Origin: a virus
Length of the DNA stretch: 64,000 nucleotides
Direction: 5' to 3' (one strand)
IMG/VR virus record: IMGVR_UViG_3300006316_000001
Coordinates: 42,816 to 106,815 of that record
A program made the translations under genes and the position numbers. Below, piece after piece: positions 30,101 through 40,240 of the stretch (its first letter is position 1; every line of letters begins with the position of its first letter). The notes under the pieces are model-generated. The model was not told the origin of the DNA. It was given only the letters and a program-made list of their open reading frames with translations, and did not search any database.

Positions 30101-33100
30101 ACCATCTGAGTATGGTGAACATTCAATTGAGTGTATGTTTAGAATGCCTGCACTTCCGCAATCTGGTAAGCATTACAAGTTAATTTCTGACCGCACCCCT
30201 GAAGGGGCAGCAGCTGCTGGTTTATATCTTTCTGTGGATGCTGCTGGTAGGCTTAATTGTAACTGGTTTTCAGCCCTTGATTTCGACACACTGGAAATTA
30301 ACAAGACGTACCATTTGAAATATGTCCAATACGCATATAGCGGTAGTCGAAAGGGGCAATTATTCGTTAATGGTGTGTCTGTGAGCGATAAGATGGATGT
30401 GGATGCTCCTATTACTGTTGTGCGTAGTATTGGTGCTGGTGGCTATGGACACGGCTTAAATGGTGCAGTTTGGGATGTTCGATTGATTGACAATAGCATG
30501 CCAAACAACGACCGTCATTATCCAATGACAGTGAACAGCGTTTCTAGACCAACTACCAAAACTGTTGTTGATGCTGGTTTCGATAAGGATACTGCGCCAT
30601 TCTATAGTCCTGATTGGGGTACTTCATTCAATACTAGAGTCGCTGCCATCCCTGAATGGGTAGCATCTTCTGATTCAGTGATAAGATTCAAGACTATAGT
30701 TGATGCGGTTGCCGCTGATGGTTCAGACTATATGCACTGGTGTGGCGCTGATGGTTCTAATGCTGATAGTTCGGTGTATGTTAGAGTCGTTGATGGTACT
30801 GAGTACAAATTCTTCTTTTCGGGAACTACCAAAAATTGTGAGATTAATGGTGTTGCTGTTCAGTCCGGTATTGTGTATAATTATCTCGGGCAAGAAGTTG
30901 AGATAACAATATACCCAGAAGAGGGTAAGAAGGTTCAGCACATAGGCGCTAGATCATCATCAGGCTATGGTTCTATAAATGGGCGAATTTGGGATTTTGA
31001 GTTGATAGATAATGTTGACCCAACTAACTCACGTTTCTACCCTATTGTTGAGGAACGTAAAGATGTTATCTATGAGTTGAATGGTACTGACCTTTTGGCT
31101 CAGGGATGGATGAGCTCAACTGCCAATTCAACTTTCGTGGACAATGTGTGGACACTGACTGACGGTGCCACTTCCACAAATGGTATTGCAACTGCGGCAG
31201 CTCCTAGCATGGAGGATGGTAAAACTTACATTCTTGAGTATGATTTTGTGGCTCAAACCAATGACGCTAGTACCATTCAGTTGAGAAATAGTGTTGGCAC
31301 TTCGGGTGGTGCAGAACCATTTACAGTTCTTGGCACTTTTAGTGGGACGCATCGATACACCGGAACGTGGGAATTCACTACCGATGACAATGGTGGCTTC
31401 CGTGGCATTTACATTCGATGCCTATCGGTTGATTCTGGAGATTCATTAACGATTGAGAAGTTTACCATTCGTGATGCTGAAAGTGTCACAAGTGGTACTG
31501 TGATGGCGGAAACGCTAAGAACTGACTTCACTGAAAATCAGGATTTCACAGTAACAAGTTATTGGAACTACATTAATGGAAGTTCTGCCATAATCCGCAA
31601 TAATGGTTACGTTGAGTTTGATGGATCATTGGATGACTGTCGCATAGGACGAGACTTACCAACAATTGAGGTTGAAGAAGTTGAGTTTTCTTTCGAGATT
31701 TATGATTATGTTGCTGGTAGTTGTACACTTTACTATTATGGACCAGAAAGTGAAAATGATGATGGACCAACAACCACAGTTACTGGTAATGGTGTTTACA
31801 CTGGCACAATCAAATGTGATAAATCATATGGTTACTCTGGTCGTATTATGATTAGGGGGCGAGATGTATCATCTCAATTCCCTGAGTTCAAGATACGTAA
31901 TGTCTCTGTAATTCCTGTTAGAGACGGTACTTTAACCAACTTCCCTGAAGGATCTGAGTGGGCTATTGCGGGCGTTTCAGGTAAAACTGATGGAACCCTT
32001 GGTGGTGGTTTCCCTGAAGGATCTGAGTGGAGTCAAGCACAATTACCTAATACTGATGGTATCATGGAAAATTTCTCCACCACTTGGAAGTACAATTCTG
32101 GTGTGTATGAAGCTGAGGTTAATGGTAACGCCACAGGTGTTGATATGTTGTTGACTGCGCCTCAGAAAGCTTTCTTGGCTGTTGATGATGATCCAAAATT
32201 CAGCGTTATCGTTGATCGCAAGGACTTTGTGTTCATTGAAACATGGCGTGAGGATTTGGCGTTACATGATCTGGTTGCTCCTAATGGATGCGTTCAGTAT
32301 CAAAAATCAACTCATGATGGTGTTTCGCTTTCATTGATCGACCCATTAAAGCAGGGTTATTCTGCATATGGTGAGTGGGATAATGTTACACGCGGCTACT
32401 TTGCCACATGGTCAACTATGACTAATGCAGAGAAGTTGAAGTGGTCAGAAAATCCTGCAAACAATATCCACTATTCTGCTGATGATGGGAAATTCTACCA
32501 AGAGAAGTTTCGCGTTTGTGTTGCTGAGGGCGTTGGTAATGGTTGGCGAGTTTCGCACGGAGATACTTTCTGGAGAAATTACACCAGCTTGATCTACGTC
32601 AGTGATCTTGATAGAACCATGGTATTGCCGATACAAGGTGCAACAACAACACCTTACGGTTTGACGACTGGTGAATCCGCTTATCGAACTCCTGGATACG
32701 CTAACCGTGCTGTGGTTAAGTATTTGGCAAATTATGATGTCGCGTCAGCAAGAGTGTTCAATAACATAGAATATGATTCTAGTATTTCAGCTACTGGATA
32801 TGCTAACTGTATTCCTGTTGCTCTTGTTCAGCGCATGAACCAAGGTTCGTATGACCTCAGACTGAACCCATACGGTACTGCTACACCTACATGTCCACCA
32901 GAAATCCAATCATATATGGTTTGTAAGCAAATTGATGATGTTTTGCAAATTAATCAAACATCACTAAGTCAGTGCTTCGCTACTGGAAATAGATATGGTG
33001 TTGGTGGTTATATTGCTGGTAGATATGCTGATACTGGTGTGGTTGGTTCTGGTAGTTCTTTGAATGGCATTCGTGGTGGTGTTGAAAATACTTTCTGTGA

Positions 33101-34352
33101 TTGTGTATATAACTGTCAGGTTGAAGACTTACGTTTGAATGCTAATAAGCAGAACAAGCAAGAGTTATTGACTGATGGTACGCGAAGAAGTGTTGCGGCT
33201 AAGACTCGTGGTCTTGGTAAGGTTCCGTACCTTCTAGCCTCGACTTTGGGCAGCTCAACTGGTAGAGAAGATGGCGTGTCATTCTATGGCGTGCAAGCGC
33301 GAATCCAGATCTATGGTAGATTGCCTGACGGTAGGTATGTTTCTGATGTCATTAGGGTTGGTGATGTAACCACATTCATCAATACCAATGATGGTACATC
33401 AACCACAATGGCATGTTCGAGCATCAATAAAAACGACAACTCTGCGTGGTTCTATTATGCTGACAGCTTTACCGAAAAGCCTAGTAATGATCCTGGATGG
33501 TTGAGCGGGACTGCTAATAATGACGCTAGTCATATGCGGTTCATGATCCATACTAGATTGTCTAGCGAGTTTGATTCTTTACCGTGGGTTGACATCATCG
33601 GTGATCCTGCTCGAATAGAGGCGACATTCCCTAATGGTGTTGTTGGACAGTACATCAACCAAATGCCAACTGGTTCAGAACTGGATTGGCCATTGAATGA
33701 GAAATGTTCATCATCAACTGCCGTATCAATCAACACTGTAAATGATGGTGTTGGGTGGATCACAACAGTTAGAACTGTTAATGGGATTAAGAACCAACTG
33801 GATGATGTGGCGTTCATAACTGACGCTGTCACGCTACTTCTGTACAACACAGAATCTGACTTCACGGCTCTTGATACCACTAATGATGTTGTTGGTGATT
33901 TGGGTGATGTGTTTTATTCTGATACGCATGCTGTTGCGTCCGGAAATCGTCTAATGTGCAGTCTTACTGGTGACATTGGTAAGCATGATGCGCACCCAAT
34001 AATGGGCTATTCACGCATGACCAATTATGTGATGCGTCGCAATACACTGAGATCTGAAGATGTTTATGACCATACCCACGCTTCGATTGATTTGGAAGCG
34101 CCACATTATGGTTCTAATGCATTTAAGGCTCTCCCTCACTTAATTGAGAAGAATGGTCTACTGTACATTCAATGGCGCGCAACACAGTTGGTGTATGATG
34201 ATGATTCATTCCTACCTTGGGGTGATGATAGCAGAATCACCATCGTTGACGGTGAGACAACCAAGACTGACCTTAATGGTCACACGGTTAAGGTTGTCAC
34301 GCACACTGAGTTGAATCCAGTCGGCATCGCTAACAACAACGAAACACTCTAA
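27189..34352 (+). CDS. Giant tail fibre / adhesin (2387 aa): BppU-like N-terminus, several LamG/concanavalin-like and CBM-like domains
   Basis: ITVRRGDT N-terminus; four repeats ending G.(I/V)(W/F)D..(L/I); position in fibre cluster. Confidence 0.75.
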   Translation: MAIQTESFPITVRRGDTTLFRWCLEYVDPVTGVVIGPVDMSGWVIRAAAKYDQASVVYNFPIDSTPVNGIFETYINEADSKKLLETDSSVGLTAKYEIEFTIPNGAREEVATVINAPFVVIPDLVGDDLGGDGGDPGTTLSSASSPFGVQSVNRSSSTQVTDLGNGTLFRVNTDPIEGLPTGITPESGEYDVRITFSESNPGYNSEITSIGTWEGIIFNTTQRLDDLVDTPNTKVDRAFLVSNTTQSTEWVKPTVTALDGIKIVDEELIDSPKVGLSITSIAQESQAASTTDMIAIEIPGVGVRKISVQKFNASVAAYRPRGSIALDNFSSGGTVTDDYDGVVVVNATTAPPTASNGASYVSTRDAESNSIDGTETNYKVGDILIWDGDSWVRATSGVESWQGKQGEVKVELGDLSSSIIHVGSNVGKSVETEQNEQNARLSQNETDIQTINTRSLENSAKIDAIEMAPVFPQSYDFEADKEIRKRALSGSGFIEWGKHPTNLSSFEMPINEGMFTSGSIDNSRKGLLTIGASNSALSLEGSSRSDYAVLNSEGVEYFLSDFEDDSYGIQAPFPDSPDGSKIFDNISGEVRKYNSNPGIGTEYEAYTINFDGNTWLDLSENRYMLPVGSTVEFKFIWTEVGGSNRLMFESYLQKSRVFVDGVTKNLAITGFNNPTINGAGVTSQTFTIEDGVEYHFSGTVVADTSTDRVGISSTGSAAFLGNIWDIKLASSEDGVDPIEFNTVKHQPKADNVPSFPTVGGDVNPNYVTGYYVDYDDDGVVKIPTFPLSDKLTLTVSFRADDVSRTMWFGTDSVSGGRLYFNNDVTQNQFDISIGSSANTLVFDRIDVGKVYTAVVELVKGSDGKYSATANMDGQTRTSYPETYTVDEIDDFWLGGMGNDGNPSDRWNGDIFDLRIEYPDAPDMNRYYSGFESVNPQDRLTVTDNDGFGENDWSPSFSEHSTSRYVEIPEWRPSEYGEHSIECMFRMPALPQSGKHYKLISDRTPEGAAAAGLYLSVDAAGRLNCNWFSALDFDTLEINKTYHLKYVQYAYSGSRKGQLFVNGVSVSDKMDVDAPITVVRSIGAGGYGHGLNGAVWDVRLIDNSMPNNDRHYPMTVNSVSRPTTKTVVDAGFDKDTAPFYSPDWGTSFNTRVAAIPEWVASSDSVIRFKTIVDAVAADGSDYMHWCGADGSNADSSVYVRVVDGTEYKFFFSGTTKNCEINGVAVQSGIVYNYLGQEVEITIYPEEGKKVQHIGARSSSGYGSINGRIWDFELIDNVDPTNSRFYPIVEERKDVIYELNGTDLLAQGWMSSTANSTFVDNVWTLTDGATSTNGIATAAAPSMEDGKTYILEYDFVAQTNDASTIQLRNSVGTSGGAEPFTVLGTFSGTHRYTGTWEFTTDDNGGFRGIYIRCLSVDSGDSLTIEKFTIRDAESVTSGTVMAETLRTDFTENQDFTVTSYWNYINGSSAIIRNNGYVEFDGSLDDCRIGRDLPTIEVEEVEFSFEIYDYVAGSCTLYYYGPESENDDGPTTTVTGNGVYTGTIKCDKSYGYSGRIMIRGRDVSSQFPEFKIRNVSVIPVRDGTLTNFPEGSEWAIAGVSGKTDGTLGGGFPEGSEWSQAQLPNTDGIMENFSTTWKYNSGVYEAEVNGNATGVDMLLTAPQKAFLAVDDDPKFSVIVDRKDFVFIETWREDLALHDLVAPNGCVQYQKSTHDGVSLSLIDPLKQGYSAYGEWDNVTRGYFATWSTMTNAEKLKWSENPANNIHYSADDGKFYQEKFRVCVAEGVGNGWRVSHGDTFWRNYTSLIYVSDLDRTMVLPIQGATTTPYGLTTGESAYRTPGYANRAVVKYLANYDVASARVFNNIEYDSSISATGYANCIPVALVQRMNQGSYDLRLNPYGTATPTCPPEIQSYMVCKQIDDVLQINQTSLSQCFATGNRYGVGGYIAGRYADTGVVGSGSSLNGIRGGVENTFCDCVYNCQVEDLRLNANKQNKQELLTDGTRRSVAAKTRGLGKVPYLLASTLGSSTGREDGVSFYGVQARIQIYGRLPDGRYVSDVIRVGDVTTFINTNDGTSTTMACSSINKNDNSAWFYYADSFTEKPSNDPGWLSGTANNDASHMRFMIHTRLSSEFDSLPWVDIIGDPARIEATFPNGVVGQYINQMPTGSELDWPLNEKCSSSTAVSINTVNDGVGWITTVRTVNGIKNQLDDVAFITDAVTLLLYNTESDFTALDTTNDVVGDLGDVFYSDTHAVASGNRLMCSLTGDIGKHDAHPIMGYSRMTNYVMRRNTLRSEDVYDHTHASIDLEAPHYGSNAFKALPHLIEKNGLLYIQWRATQLVYDDDSFLPWGDDSRITIVDGETTKTDLNGHTVKVVTHTELNPVGIANNNETL

Positions 34353-34401
34353 AAATAAGGGGGTATCTCTATACCCCCAATTCCTTACTATGGAGAAACT
34401 G

Positions 34402-36660
34402 ATGGACAAGATAATCACTTCTAGTGTGAGTGGGCGAGTCCCCACAACCACTAATTTGAGCACCCAACAGGTGGCGGTTAATACTGCTGATGGTGCAATT
34501 TATGCTAATGATGGTAATGGTAACATTATTCAATTAAACACCACCATTGATAGTGACCTAAACTTCAAGGGTGCTATAACAATAACATCAGAGACCACGC
34601 CCGAAGTTCCTGATGTTAACACACATAGACAGGGTGATTATTACGTTCTTTCCAATCCTGATAATTACTCAGATTGGAACGGGTACGGACAAATTTTTAA
34701 CCAAGACATGTTAATGCATAATGGTACGACATGGCAAGTATCATCAAGTAAAGAAGCATTTGATGGAATCTACGTCAATATCGATGGTGACCAGATGAAC
34801 GGTCCATTGACCTTGCCGTCGGGTACACCAACCAATGATAATCATGCCACGAATAAAAAGTTCGTCACTGACTTAGATGCCACTAGCGTTAAACTATCCG
34901 GAAATCAGAACGTTTCAGGTCGTAAACGCTTTACAACCACAGACTCTTTAAAAGTACCCGTTGGTGACACTTCAGAGCGCGGTACTGGTGAAATGGGTGC
35001 ATTTCGCTTTAATTCTGACACTGGTGAAGCTGAGATGCACAACGGTGTTGAATGGGCTTCTGTTGGTGGTGGAGGTATTCCTGAATATGTCATCAAAACG
35101 ATAGGTTCAACATATAGTCTAGATAGAAATGCTGGTGTTCTAGTTGACACCACTTCAACTGGCGGTGACGTCACAATCACATTACCTGATAATGGTGATG
35201 GTGTGATTGCTGGTGATTGGATATCTATTGGTATGTATACCACTGCTGATCACAATATCATCATCAAGTCTTCTGATCATAAAATTATGGGACTGTCTGA
35301 GGATTTCGTAATTAATGTTGACTACCAAGTACTGACATTCAGTTTTGTCGATACGGTTGTTGGGTGGAAAATAGTACAGGCTGTCGGTGAATCGGAATCG
35401 CCTCAAGCTGTTAAGACAGTTGTGAAAGGTACGTATGAAAAGGGGACTACCACATTCGATATTGTTTATGATGTTGGATATGTTGACGTGTTTGTCGGTG
35501 GCTTCAAGCTGGCCGACACAGAGTACACCGCGGATGATGGTGCGACTGTTGTTCTAAATAACGGTCTAATGGTGGAATCTTACGTCTATATCCAAGCATG
35601 GAACCACATGGGTGTTGAAGAGATTAACAGTGGCATGGTGTTATACGATGACACTAATTCTGATCTGAGTGTGGATACCGTTAAAGCCGCTCTAGATGTT
35701 GTGACCAAGAAGTCAGAGTTGTTGGATAAAGTGTTGACTGAATACGCTAACCCTAACCTAATTATTAATGGTGACATGGGTGTTTGGCAACGAAGTACAG
35801 ACTTTACAGGCAAAAGTGGCTATCAATCAGTTGACCGTTGGAGACATACATCAAGCACTACCCGCGTTCAGCGATGGGACTACCCCACAGGTGCAATCCT
35901 AACAAAGTATGCTGCTTCAGTCTCCGGAACGGGAACGTACATCGGTATTGAGCAACGTATTGAGGAAGGGTACAAACTTATTGGTCAACAGATAACTTTT
36001 AGTTTCCAAGCAGACTTTGATAGTTCTGACGACCCTTATGTATTCTTACGTTTCCATAAAATCTCAGATGGTTCAGTTATTTCTACTGGAATATCTATCC
36101 CAATAGTTACAACGTCGGGATGGAATCGATACATCTACACTGTGGATTTAGATGATCTGACAGAAGATGTAGATGTAGATGCTGATGATGTTATGTTAAA
36201 GGTTCAGATAATAGGTAACGGCTCCAATACTGCAACATCAGAGTTCAGGATCACAGCGATTAAGTTGGAGTCTGGATCAGTAGCAACTCCTTTTGTGGCT
36301 GATGATCCACAAACTAACCTTGCTAAGTGTCAGCGATACTACTATAGGGACTCTTCAGTTAATGGTACTTATGCGCCAATCTGCCCAGTGATTAAGTTTG
36401 GTGCTAGTAGTTTGATGGGTACAATTCCCTTACCAGTTAGAATGCGCATTACACCTGAATTTGTAATCTCTGACGCTGGTCACTTTCGTCTGATCGATCA
36501 AAATGCTGCGGTGCTGACAGATGTTACTAAGTACACTTATCCGTCAAAAGACCGCATCGGCATAGTAGTCGCAGCGAGCGGATTAGCTTCAGGGGATGTG
36601 GCATCAATGTTTACATTTAATAGTACTGTTGGTTGGTACGAAGCGGACGCTGAACTTTAG
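34402..36660 (+). CDS. Tail fibre protein with C-terminal paralogous receptor-binding module
   Basis: KVPVGDTSER...FRFNSD, VDTT...VTITLP; NPNLIINGD..VWQR...KLESG.VATPF...NLAKCQRYY...DAEL; alternative start 34390. Confidence 0.75.
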   Translation: MDKIITSSVSGRVPTTTNLSTQQVAVNTADGAIYANDGNGNIIQLNTTIDSDLNFKGAITITSETTPEVPDVNTHRQGDYYVLSNPDNYSDWNGYGQIFNQDMLMHNGTTWQVSSSKEAFDGIYVNIDGDQMNGPLTLPSGTPTNDNHATNKKFVTDLDATSVKLSGNQNVSGRKRFTTTDSLKVPVGDTSERGTGEMGAFRFNSDTGEAEMHNGVEWASVGGGGIPEYVIKTIGSTYSLDRNAGVLVDTTSTGGDVTITLPDNGDGVIAGDWISIGMYTTADHNIIIKSSDHKIMGLSEDFVINVDYQVLTFSFVDTVVGWKIVQAVGESESPQAVKTVVKGTYEKGTTTFDIVYDVGYVDVFVGGFKLADTEYTADDGATVVLNNGLMVESYVYIQAWNHMGVEEINSGMVLYDDTNSDLSVDTVKAALDVVTKKSELLDKVLTEYANPNLIINGDMGVWQRSTDFTGKSGYQSVDRWRHTSSTTRVQRWDYPTGAILTKYAASVSGTGTYIGIEQRIEEGYKLIGQQITFSFQADFDSSDDPYVFLRFHKISDGSVISTGISIPIVTTSGWNRYIYTVDLDDLTEDVDVDADDVMLKVQIIGNGSNTATSEFRITAIKLESGSVATPFVADDPQTNLAKCQRYYYRDSSVNGTYAPICPVIKFGASSLMGTIPLPVRMRITPEFVISDAGHFRLIDQNAAVLTDVTKYTYPSKDRIGIVVAASGLASGDVASMFTFNSTVGWYEADAEL

Positions 36661-36690
36661 TCACTGATTATTGTCTAAGAGGAAAATATA

Positions 36691-37695
36691 ATGAGTAATA
36701 CGGGTAACTTTTTTGGTGGGGGATCATACAATCCCGACATTGAACAGAACACAAAAGATATACAGAAAATTCCTGGAAAAAACCTGTTAATTAATGGTGA
36801 CTTCTCGGTTTGGCAACGAGGAGCATCATTCACTGGTTATGTGTATGGGTCAGATAGATGGGTTGGTGGTACAAATGCGGTAACTTCCAAGCAGTGGTCT
36901 GAGGATTATGGAACAGTTTGTAGGGTACGTGCTACATCTAATCCTTCAGCTGCTGTACTCCAACAAGCTGTTGAGTTACTTAATACTGGTTTTGGTGTTG
37001 CTTATTCTCCATTCCAGAAAGAGACTACGTACACTATCACAGTCAGAGGTGATTCGGGTGGTGTTCTAGTTACGCCGAATGTTAGATGGGCTGAGGGTAC
37101 TGCAACTGCTAGTGTTCCTGCATCGAGTTCCACTTTCACCCCCAAGGCACTTGTGAGTACAGGAACAACTTGGTCATTCACAATGAATAGCGATTTAGAT
37201 TCTGCGACACACAAGTGTATGGTACTCTATTTTGCTTTGGGTACGATAAATCAGGATGTTGATTTCTACGATGTGAAGCTGGAACATGGTGATGTGGCTA
37301 CACCTTTTGTGGCTGATGACCCTGCCACTAACCTTGCTAAGTGTCAGCGCTACTTCTTTACAACAAGAGGTAGAGGTAAGTCCGGTGTATTCGGGAATGG
37401 TACAATTTCTAGTACAGCATCAGGAACATTCCAAGTAGGTGTACCTTTGCCTACATGTATGCGAGTGACGAAGGCAACAGTATCCCTATCAGGGGATCAT
37501 TCCATATATGGCGTTAGTAGCGCGGGTGGTACAATTACCGAAGAAGTTACTATGACGGATGGTGGCGCAGGTGCCGACATCGGTTTCGTGGATATCATAC
37601 TTCAATCAGAAAGTGCCCCTACTAATATGCGCGGCTCGGTAGCTTTCCGTGGAATGACATCAGCTTCGTATATGGACGCGGATGCAGAACTTTAA
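36691..37695 (+). CDS. Tail fibre/RBP paralog 2
   Basis: NLLINGDFSVWQRG...KLEHG.VATPF...NLAKCQRYF...DAEL. Confidence 0.75.
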   Translation: MSNTGNFFGGGSYNPDIEQNTKDIQKIPGKNLLINGDFSVWQRGASFTGYVYGSDRWVGGTNAVTSKQWSEDYGTVCRVRATSNPSAAVLQQAVELLNTGFGVAYSPFQKETTYTITVRGDSGGVLVTPNVRWAEGTATASVPASSSTFTPKALVSTGTTWSFTMNSDLDSATHKCMVLYFALGTINQDVDFYDVKLEHGDVATPFVADDPATNLAKCQRYFFTTRGRGKSGVFGNGTISSTASGTFQVGVPLPTCMRVTKATVSLSGDHSIYGVSSAGGTITEEVTMTDGGAGADIGFVDIILQSESAPTNMRGSVAFRGMTSASYMDADAEL

Positions 37696-37710
37696 CGAGG
37701 GTAATACAAA

Positions 37711-38670
37711 ATGGCAACAAATATTTTTGATAGATCGCAGTTGGATTCGCGTTCTAACCCAAATCTTCTGACTAATGGTGATTTCACGGTTTGGCAACGC
37801 GGAACAGTAAGCTCACACACCGGATTCGCTTTCGCATTAACTGCTGATAGATGGTTTACCTATGTTGGTGGTGGAACTATTACAGTGAGTGAGGGCTACG
37901 GTTACGGCTCAGGTGTACAGAAACAGGGATTCTTCATAGATTCGGATAATGGTGCCACTGATGTTCAGATAGGTCAGCGAATTGAATCATCCATGTTTTC
38001 TAGTAATGATTTTGGATACGGAGAACAATTCACATTCTCTATTTGGGTTTATGGGGAATCAGATGATAATGATCTGGGTTTCGTAGTCAGCGTGCCGGAC
38101 ACCGTTGATTCCTATACTTCTGCTACAACCAAAGTAGCTGAATATTTTGGTACGCCTAAAGCGAACGAATGGACTAAACTTACTATTACATTTCCATGGC
38201 ACAAAGATTTCAATAGAGGTATGCAAATTGCTATAACGATTGCTGGCACTTTCCAGCAAGGTTTGACGTTCTCACGTGCCAAGCTGGAAACTGGACCAGT
38301 AGCCACTCCATTCATTCCGGATCATCCAGCAGTTAACCTTGCTAAGTGTCAGCGATACTACCAAGTATGGAAAAGTCTTGAAGTGGTGGGTATGGCAAAC
38401 GTGTATACATCATCTAATCATGGTTTACACATAACGCCCATAGTAACAATGAGAACCACCCCTTTGGTTGATTTTAACCAACTCTACGTCCTCGCCCAAG
38501 GAGGGTCTGGTGATGTTGGGATAATCTCATCCAGTAACGTAATCATCAAACCTCACTCCGTGTATGCTACTTTAGGTACTGGTGCTATTTCTGGTGCTGT
38601 TGCGGGTATGGCGTTGTCTTGTCGCGTACAGGGTGGAGCCACTTTTTATCTAGACGCGGAAATTTTCTAA
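37711..38670 (+). CDS. Tail fibre/RBP paralog 3
   Basis: NPNLLTNGDFTVWQRG...KLETG.VATPF...NLAKCQRYY...DAEI. Confidence 0.75.
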   Translation: MATNIFDRSQLDSRSNPNLLTNGDFTVWQRGTVSSHTGFAFALTADRWFTYVGGGTITVSEGYGYGSGVQKQGFFIDSDNGATDVQIGQRIESSMFSSNDFGYGEQFTFSIWVYGESDDNDLGFVVSVPDTVDSYTSATTKVAEYFGTPKANEWTKLTITFPWHKDFNRGMQIAITIAGTFQQGLTFSRAKLETGPVATPFIPDHPAVNLAKCQRYYQVWKSLEVVGMANVYTSSNHGLHITPIVTMRTTPLVDFNQLYVLAQGGSGDVGIISSSNVIIKPHSVYATLGTGAISGAVAGMALSCRVQGGATFYLDAEIF

Positions 38671-38693
38671 GCACAGAACTTTAAGGGATTACT

Positions 38694-39056
38694 ATGTCAG
38701 TAAATAGATTCATAAAAGATTCTATGTATCTCGGCACCGATTACCATATCGACCTTTCCGAAGAGGTTAATGGAATTGAGCAGAGATTCCGTGATGTTGA
38801 TGGGAACGCTCTTGCCACATTTTCTGGTGGTATTCGAGACGGTGATGCCCAATTCCAAGTTGACTTCACATTCACACTTCTCGATGACTTCACGGTTCGT
38901 TGTAGTTTTGACTCAACTGACACGATAAATACGTTTGTCGAATCAGGTAAAGAGTACGATTTCGGGGTAAGGGTTAATTACTCTGGGGATCACGAAGGAG
39001 GTAATGACTTCCTTTTGTTCCAAGGTAAATTGGAAATCAAGACAACACTATTCTAG
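38694..39056 (+). CDS. Putative virion protein (BppU-like beta domain)
   Basis: GTDY...YDFGVRV...LFQGKLEI pattern; weak. Confidence 0.5.
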   Translation: MSVNRFIKDSMYLGTDYHIDLSEEVNGIEQRFRDVDGNALATFSGGIRDGDAQFQVDFTFTLLDDFTVRCSFDSTDTINTFVESGKEYDFGVRVNYSGDHEGGNDFLLFQGKLEIKTTLF

Positions 39057-39066
39057 GGAGCGTGGT

Positions 39067-39741
39067 ATGAGAAAAACATCAATCACACGTGTGGAGCAAA
39101 ACACTGTGGTCAGTACTACTAGCCAGCGCCTGACTAGAGTCAAGCATGGGCAGTACCAAGGGACTCCAGTTGTTAATGTTTCATACGATATCAATGGGCG
39201 CATGGTTGAGACTCTCACTAATGGCTCATCTAATACTATAACCAACCCCAATGAAGTTCCTCTGGGTGACAGAGATGTTGGGAAAGTCCTGATGATTAAT
39301 AGGACTGGTGATATGACTTGGGTACAAACACCCCAACTCATAGGGTTTGCTACATTCAAACCTGAAACTAAAACCATTTCTGATCCTTCAGAATATTCGT
39401 ACATTGGCACACAAAGTGGTGTTAGAGTTTCAAAGGACTCTACACAAGGGGCGTACAGACTCACTGTTGATGAGACGCAAATCTCGACCGATACACAAAT
39501 CTCGGTTGATGGTGATCCGTACGGAAGTTCATCTGGGCAATATGAGTGGCGAATTGTAGAACATCTTGTTAAGCAGGGTGAGGTTGGCGATGTATGGTCA
39601 GCCCCTAAACGATGGTCATCAGACGGCAAATATGCAATTCTTGAACATGTGTCACTTAACTCTGACGGTTGCGTTCTTGAAGATTACACTATTTCTGATG
39701 TTGATAACTCAATTCGCGTGGAGCTATGGAAGAAATTTTAA
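39067..39741 (+). CDS. Hypothetical late protein
   Basis: GGAG RBS, start MRKTSIT. Confidence 0.55.
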   Translation: MRKTSITRVEQNTVVSTTSQRLTRVKHGQYQGTPVVNVSYDINGRMVETLTNGSSNTITNPNEVPLGDRDVGKVLMINRTGDMTWVQTPQLIGFATFKPETKTISDPSEYSYIGTQSGVRVSKDSTQGAYRLTVDETQISTDTQISVDGDPYGSSSGQYEWRIVEHLVKQGEVGDVWSAPKRWSSDGKYAILEHVSLNSDGCVLEDYTISDVDNSIRVELWKKF

Positions 39742-39830
39742 TATTTTAATCGCGGTGGTTAGTACCCGCCGCCTACATGGAATGACTCTGCAGTAGGAAT
39801 GGGAATCGCGTCATGTGGAGATGTAATAAC

Positions 39831-40229
39831 ATGAGCAATAAAATAGGAATTGTTGTAGCTGTTATGACATTGTTACTATCAATGGCAGCTAACGTGGGTA
39901 TGGATTCTTATCGGGACGGTACGGTAGATACCGAGATACAGACCATAAAACTTGAATTAGAGAGTCGAAAGCAATATCTTGCTGTTTTGCGTGATCTTTC
40001 TTCACGAGTGACGACACTTGAAACTAACGAAATAACCCGAGATTCCGTCATCAACAAGATATTGGAAAAACAAGAAGCTATGGAAGATCGCCTAGTAGAA
40101 ACTGAAATCACGGCAGCAGAGACCATGACAGTTTTGACTGCGGCGACAGAGGCTATAACAAAGCAAACTGAAGCGACAACTAAACTAACTGAGCAGGTAA
40201 TACGGTTGGAAGAAAAGATTAAGAAATAG
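39831..40229 (+). CDS. Membrane-anchored coiled-coil protein (lysis accessory candidate)
   Basis: N-terminal TM plus coiled coil; first gene of lysis cassette. Confidence 0.55.
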   Translation: MSNKIGIVVAVMTLLLSMAANVGMDSYRDGTVDTEIQTIKLELESRKQYLAVLRDLSSRVTTLETNEITRDSVINKILEKQEAMEDRLVETEITAAETMTVLTAATEAITKQTEATTKLTEQVIRLEEKIKK

Positions 40230-40240
40230 GGAGCTATATC

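Noticed and set aside
34402-38670. Diversity-generating retroelement or invertase shufflon acting on the RBP paralogs
   Set aside because: No reverse transcriptase or recombinase in the window, no template/variable pair differing only at adenines, and all modules are in the same orientation
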